DNA of 47,618 nucleotides. Origin: Candidatus Omnitrophota bacterium (GTDB lineage: Bacteria; Omnitrophota; Omnitrophia; Omnitrophales; Aquincolibacteriaceae). Every line of letters begins with the position of its first letter. Position 1 is the stretch's first letter. The notes under the pieces are model-generated. The model saw only the letters and a list, made by a program, of their open reading frames with translations. It did no database searches and was not told the DNA's origin. Location of the stretch: NCBI GenBank assembly GCA_043803685.1, contig JAZDJU010000043.1, positions 1 to 47,618 on the forward strand. Direction: 5' to 3'. A program made the position numbers and the translations under genes. Shown one piece after another: positions 45,307-47,618 of the stretch.

Positions 45307-47618
45307 ATGCGTATTCTTATCGTTGGAGGAGTCGCGGGCGGGGCGTCCGCGGCAACCCGGGCAAGACGTTTATCGGAAGATGCGGAGATCGTTCTCTTCG
45401 AACGGGGCGAATATGTTTCTTTTGCCAACTGCGGCCTTCCTTATCACATCGGAGGAGCGATCCCCGACCGGAACCGGCTGATCGTCGAAAACCCGGAGTC
45501 CCTGCGTAAAAATTTCCAGATCGACGTCCGCACCCAAACCGAGGTCGTCAAGATCGACCGTTCCAAAAAACTGATCGTCACGCAAAAGGTGCCCAACGGA
45601 ACGAAGCACAAGGAGCACTACGATTTTCTCATTCTAAGTCCCGGCGCGGAGCCTGTTCGGCCTTCCCTGCCCGGCGTCGAATCGAAAAAGGTGCTCACGC
45701 TCCGGAACATACACGACATGGACGCGATCAAGAAGGTCGTCGACGAACAACATCCCGAACGCGCCGTGATCGTCGGAGGAGGCTACATCGGCCTCGAAAT
45801 GGCCGAAGCCCTCCGGGAACGCAAGATCGCCGTCACGCTCGTGGAACTGTCCGACCAGGTCATGGGCCCGATCGATCCCGAGATGGCATCCCCCCTCCAC
45901 CAGGAGCTCACACTTCACGGGGTCGACCTTCGCCTCGGCACCTCGATCAAGGGGTTTCATGAAGATAAGGAAGTTTTTTACGCGGACCTCAGCACGGGAG
46001 AATCCGTCGCTTGCGGCCTCGTGATCCTGGCAATCGGCGTGAAACCCGAGATCCAGCTCGCCCGGGAAGCGGGACTTGAGATCGGCCCCCGCGGCGGGAT
46101 CCTCACCAATGAACAAATGCAAAGTAGTGATCCGGCCATTTTTGCCGTGGGCGACGCGGTCGAGGTCAAGGACCTCGTGACAGGCACCGCTTCCCTCATT
46201 CCCCTCGCCGGGCCCGCGAACCGCCAGGGACGCATCGCCGCGGATAATATTTTCAACCGAGGGTCGATCTATAAGAACACCCAGGGCACCGCGATCTGCA
46301 AGGTCTTCGGCCTCGCGGTCGGCATGACGGGAAGCAACGAAAAAAATTTGAAGCGGCTGAAGGTCCCTTATGAAAAGATCTACATCCATGCCGCTTCGCA
46401 CGCCAGTTATTATCCCGGGGCCTCCCCCATCAGCCTGAAACTGATCTTTGATCCCGCGAAAGGGACGATCCTCGGCGCCCAGGCGGTCGGACACGACGGC
46501 GTGGACAAGCGGATCGACGTTCTCGCGACCGCCCTTCGCGCAAAACTCACGGTCTATGACCTGGAGGACATGGAACTTTCTTACGCGCCGCCCTACGGCT
46601 CGGCGAAAGACCCCATCAATTACGCGGGCTTCGTGGCCGCAAACGTCCTTCGAAAAGATGTCATGATCTGCCACACCGCTGACATGCTTCATCCCAAACA
46701 AGACCAAGAAATACTGGACGTCCGGGCGCCGGAAGAAACCGTCGCGGGCATGATCCCGGGAGCCCTCACGATCCCCATCGATGCGTTAAGGGACCGTCTG
46801 GCCGAACTCTCCAAAGATAAAGAATACCTCGCCTATTGCAAGGTAGGCCGGCGCGGCTATCTGGCTTGCCGCATCCTTTCTCAAAATGGCTTCAAGTGCA
46901 GGAACATGACCGGAGGCTACGAGACCTATCAGGCCAGCACAGGGATCGTCGCTCCTTCTCCGGTCCGCAAGGAGATGACGGACGATGCCGGCGCCCATGC
47001 GCCCATAGCGGAAGAAAAAGCCCCTAGCTCGCACCTCGTCAAGGAAGTGGACGCGTGCGGTCTGCAATGCCCCGGTCCGATCATGCGGGTCAAAAAAGAA
47101 CTCGAACAGCTCCAATCGGGAGAGGCTCTTCGCATTTCCGCGACCGACCCCGGATTTGTAAGCGACATCCAGGCCTGGTGCAAAAGCACGGGGAACGAAT
47201 TGCAGTCCCTGGAACCCCTTGCCGGAACCTATCAGGCCACGATCGTGAAACGGGTCGCGGCAGCCGCTCAAAACACGCCCACGAACCTTTCCAAAAAGAA
47301 AACGATCGTCGTTTTCAGCTCGGATTTTGACAAGGTCATGGCCGCGTTCGTGATCGCGAATGGGGCGCTCGCGATGGGGAGCGAGGTCACGCTCTTCTTC
47401 ACCTTTTGGGGCCTCAACGCATTAAGAAAGAAAAACGCTATACCGGTCCAGAAGAACATCATCGAATCCATGTTCGGGTTCATGATGCCGCGGGGCGCTG
47501 AGAAACTTTCCCTCTCAAAAATGAACATGGGCGGCATGGGACTCCGGATGATCAAGGGGATCATGAAAAAGAAGAACGTCGCTTCCCTCTCCGAACTCAT
47601 CGTCAGCGCCCAGGCATC
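45307..47618 (+). CDS. CoA-disulfide/persulfide reductase-rhodanese-TusA-DsrE fusion; 3' end runs off the window
   Basis: Not in the ORF track. SD AAAGGAGGT; MRILIVGGVAGGASAA, SFANCGLPY, GGGYIG, YAPPY; rhodanese LDVR...YCKVGRRG; TusA DACGLQCPGP; DsrE-like VVFSSDFDKVMAAF...FFTFWGL. Spot-checked in one frame. Confidence 0.93.
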   Translation, partial: MRILIVGGVAGGASAATRARRLSEDAEIVLFERGEYVSFANCGLPYHIGGAIPDRNRLIVENPESLRKNFQIDVRTQTEVVKIDRSKKLIVTQKVPNGTKHKEHYDFLILSPGAEPVRPSLPGVESKKVLTLRNIHDMDAIKKVVDEQHPERAVIVGGGYIGLEMAEALRERKIAVTLVELSDQVMGPIDPEMASPLHQELTLHGVDLRLGTSIKGFHEDKEVFYADLSTGESVACGLVILAIGVKPEIQLAREAGLEIGPRGGILTNEQMQSSDPAIFAVGDAVEVKDLVTGTASLIPLAGPANRQGRIAADNIFNRGSIYKNTQGTAICKVFGLAVGMTGSNEKNLKRLKVPYEKIYIHAASHASYYPGASPISLKLIFDPAKGTILGAQAVGHDGVDKRIDVLATALRAKLTVYDLEDMELSYAPPYGSAKDPINYAGFVAANVLRKDVMICHTADMLHPKQDQEILDVRAPEETVAGMIPGALTIPIDALRDRLAELSKDKEYLAYCKVGRRGYLACRILSQNGFKCRNMTGGYETYQASTGIVAPSPVRKEMTDDAGAHAPIAEEKAPSSHLVKEVDACGLQCPGPIMRVKKELEQLQSGEALRISATDPGFVSDIQAWCKSTGNELQSLEPLAGTYQATIVKRVAAAAQNTPTNLSKKKTIVVFSSDFDKVMAAFVIANGALAMGSEVTLFFTFWGLNALRKKNAIPVQKNIIESMFGFMMPRGAEKLSLSKMNMGGMGLRMIKGIMKKKNVASLSELIVSAQA

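Noticed and set aside
45370..47600. Minus-strand ORFs including the 357-aa 45634-46707
   Set aside because: Antisense shadows of the CoADR fusion on the plus strand.

Overview
47.6 kb of bacterial chromosome from a diderm, probably anaerobic organism (LolA-like protein, lipoproteins, B12 radical SAMs; taxon not determinable from sequence alone). Left end (minus strand): a candidate Na+/Li+-class riboswitch with an overlapping terminator, then an unannotated 37-aa membrane peptide, mscS and a membrane-anchored, sensor-fused trehalose-6-phosphate synthase that runs off the window. Next come a CarD-like gene with a structured leader, an Arg/Gly-rich repeat protein, a CxxC-x17-CxxC zinc-ribbon protein, an unannotated 58-aa basic protein, an Nfu-type Fe-S carrier, and an LsrF-like aldolase with a Zn-dehydrogenase. 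The centre (7851-35498, minus) is a 27.6 kb, 30-gene type II FAS/PKS lipid cluster with aryl-polyene/flexirubin-like machinery. It has 3 KS, 2 CLF-like subunits, 3 ACPs, FabG, dehydratases, thioesterase, PlsC- and LpxL-like acyltransferases, GT2-DUF2062, MMPL and LolA. It also carries three radical SAM enzymes (two B12-binding, one SPASM-dehydratase fusion) as in the 'ladderane-associated' islands, and a terminal stand-alone carrier/condensation-like/FAD-oxidoreductase/adenylation module. Right end: a secreted Gly-rich protein, a nuclease with a beta-signal tail, a five-gene phosphorelay behind a uORF/terminator attenuator, a SWIB protein, and an ArsR regulator with a CoA-disulfide reductase-rhodanese-TusA-DsrE fusion that runs off the window. 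No rRNA, tRNA, CRISPR array, transposase or integrase was seen.
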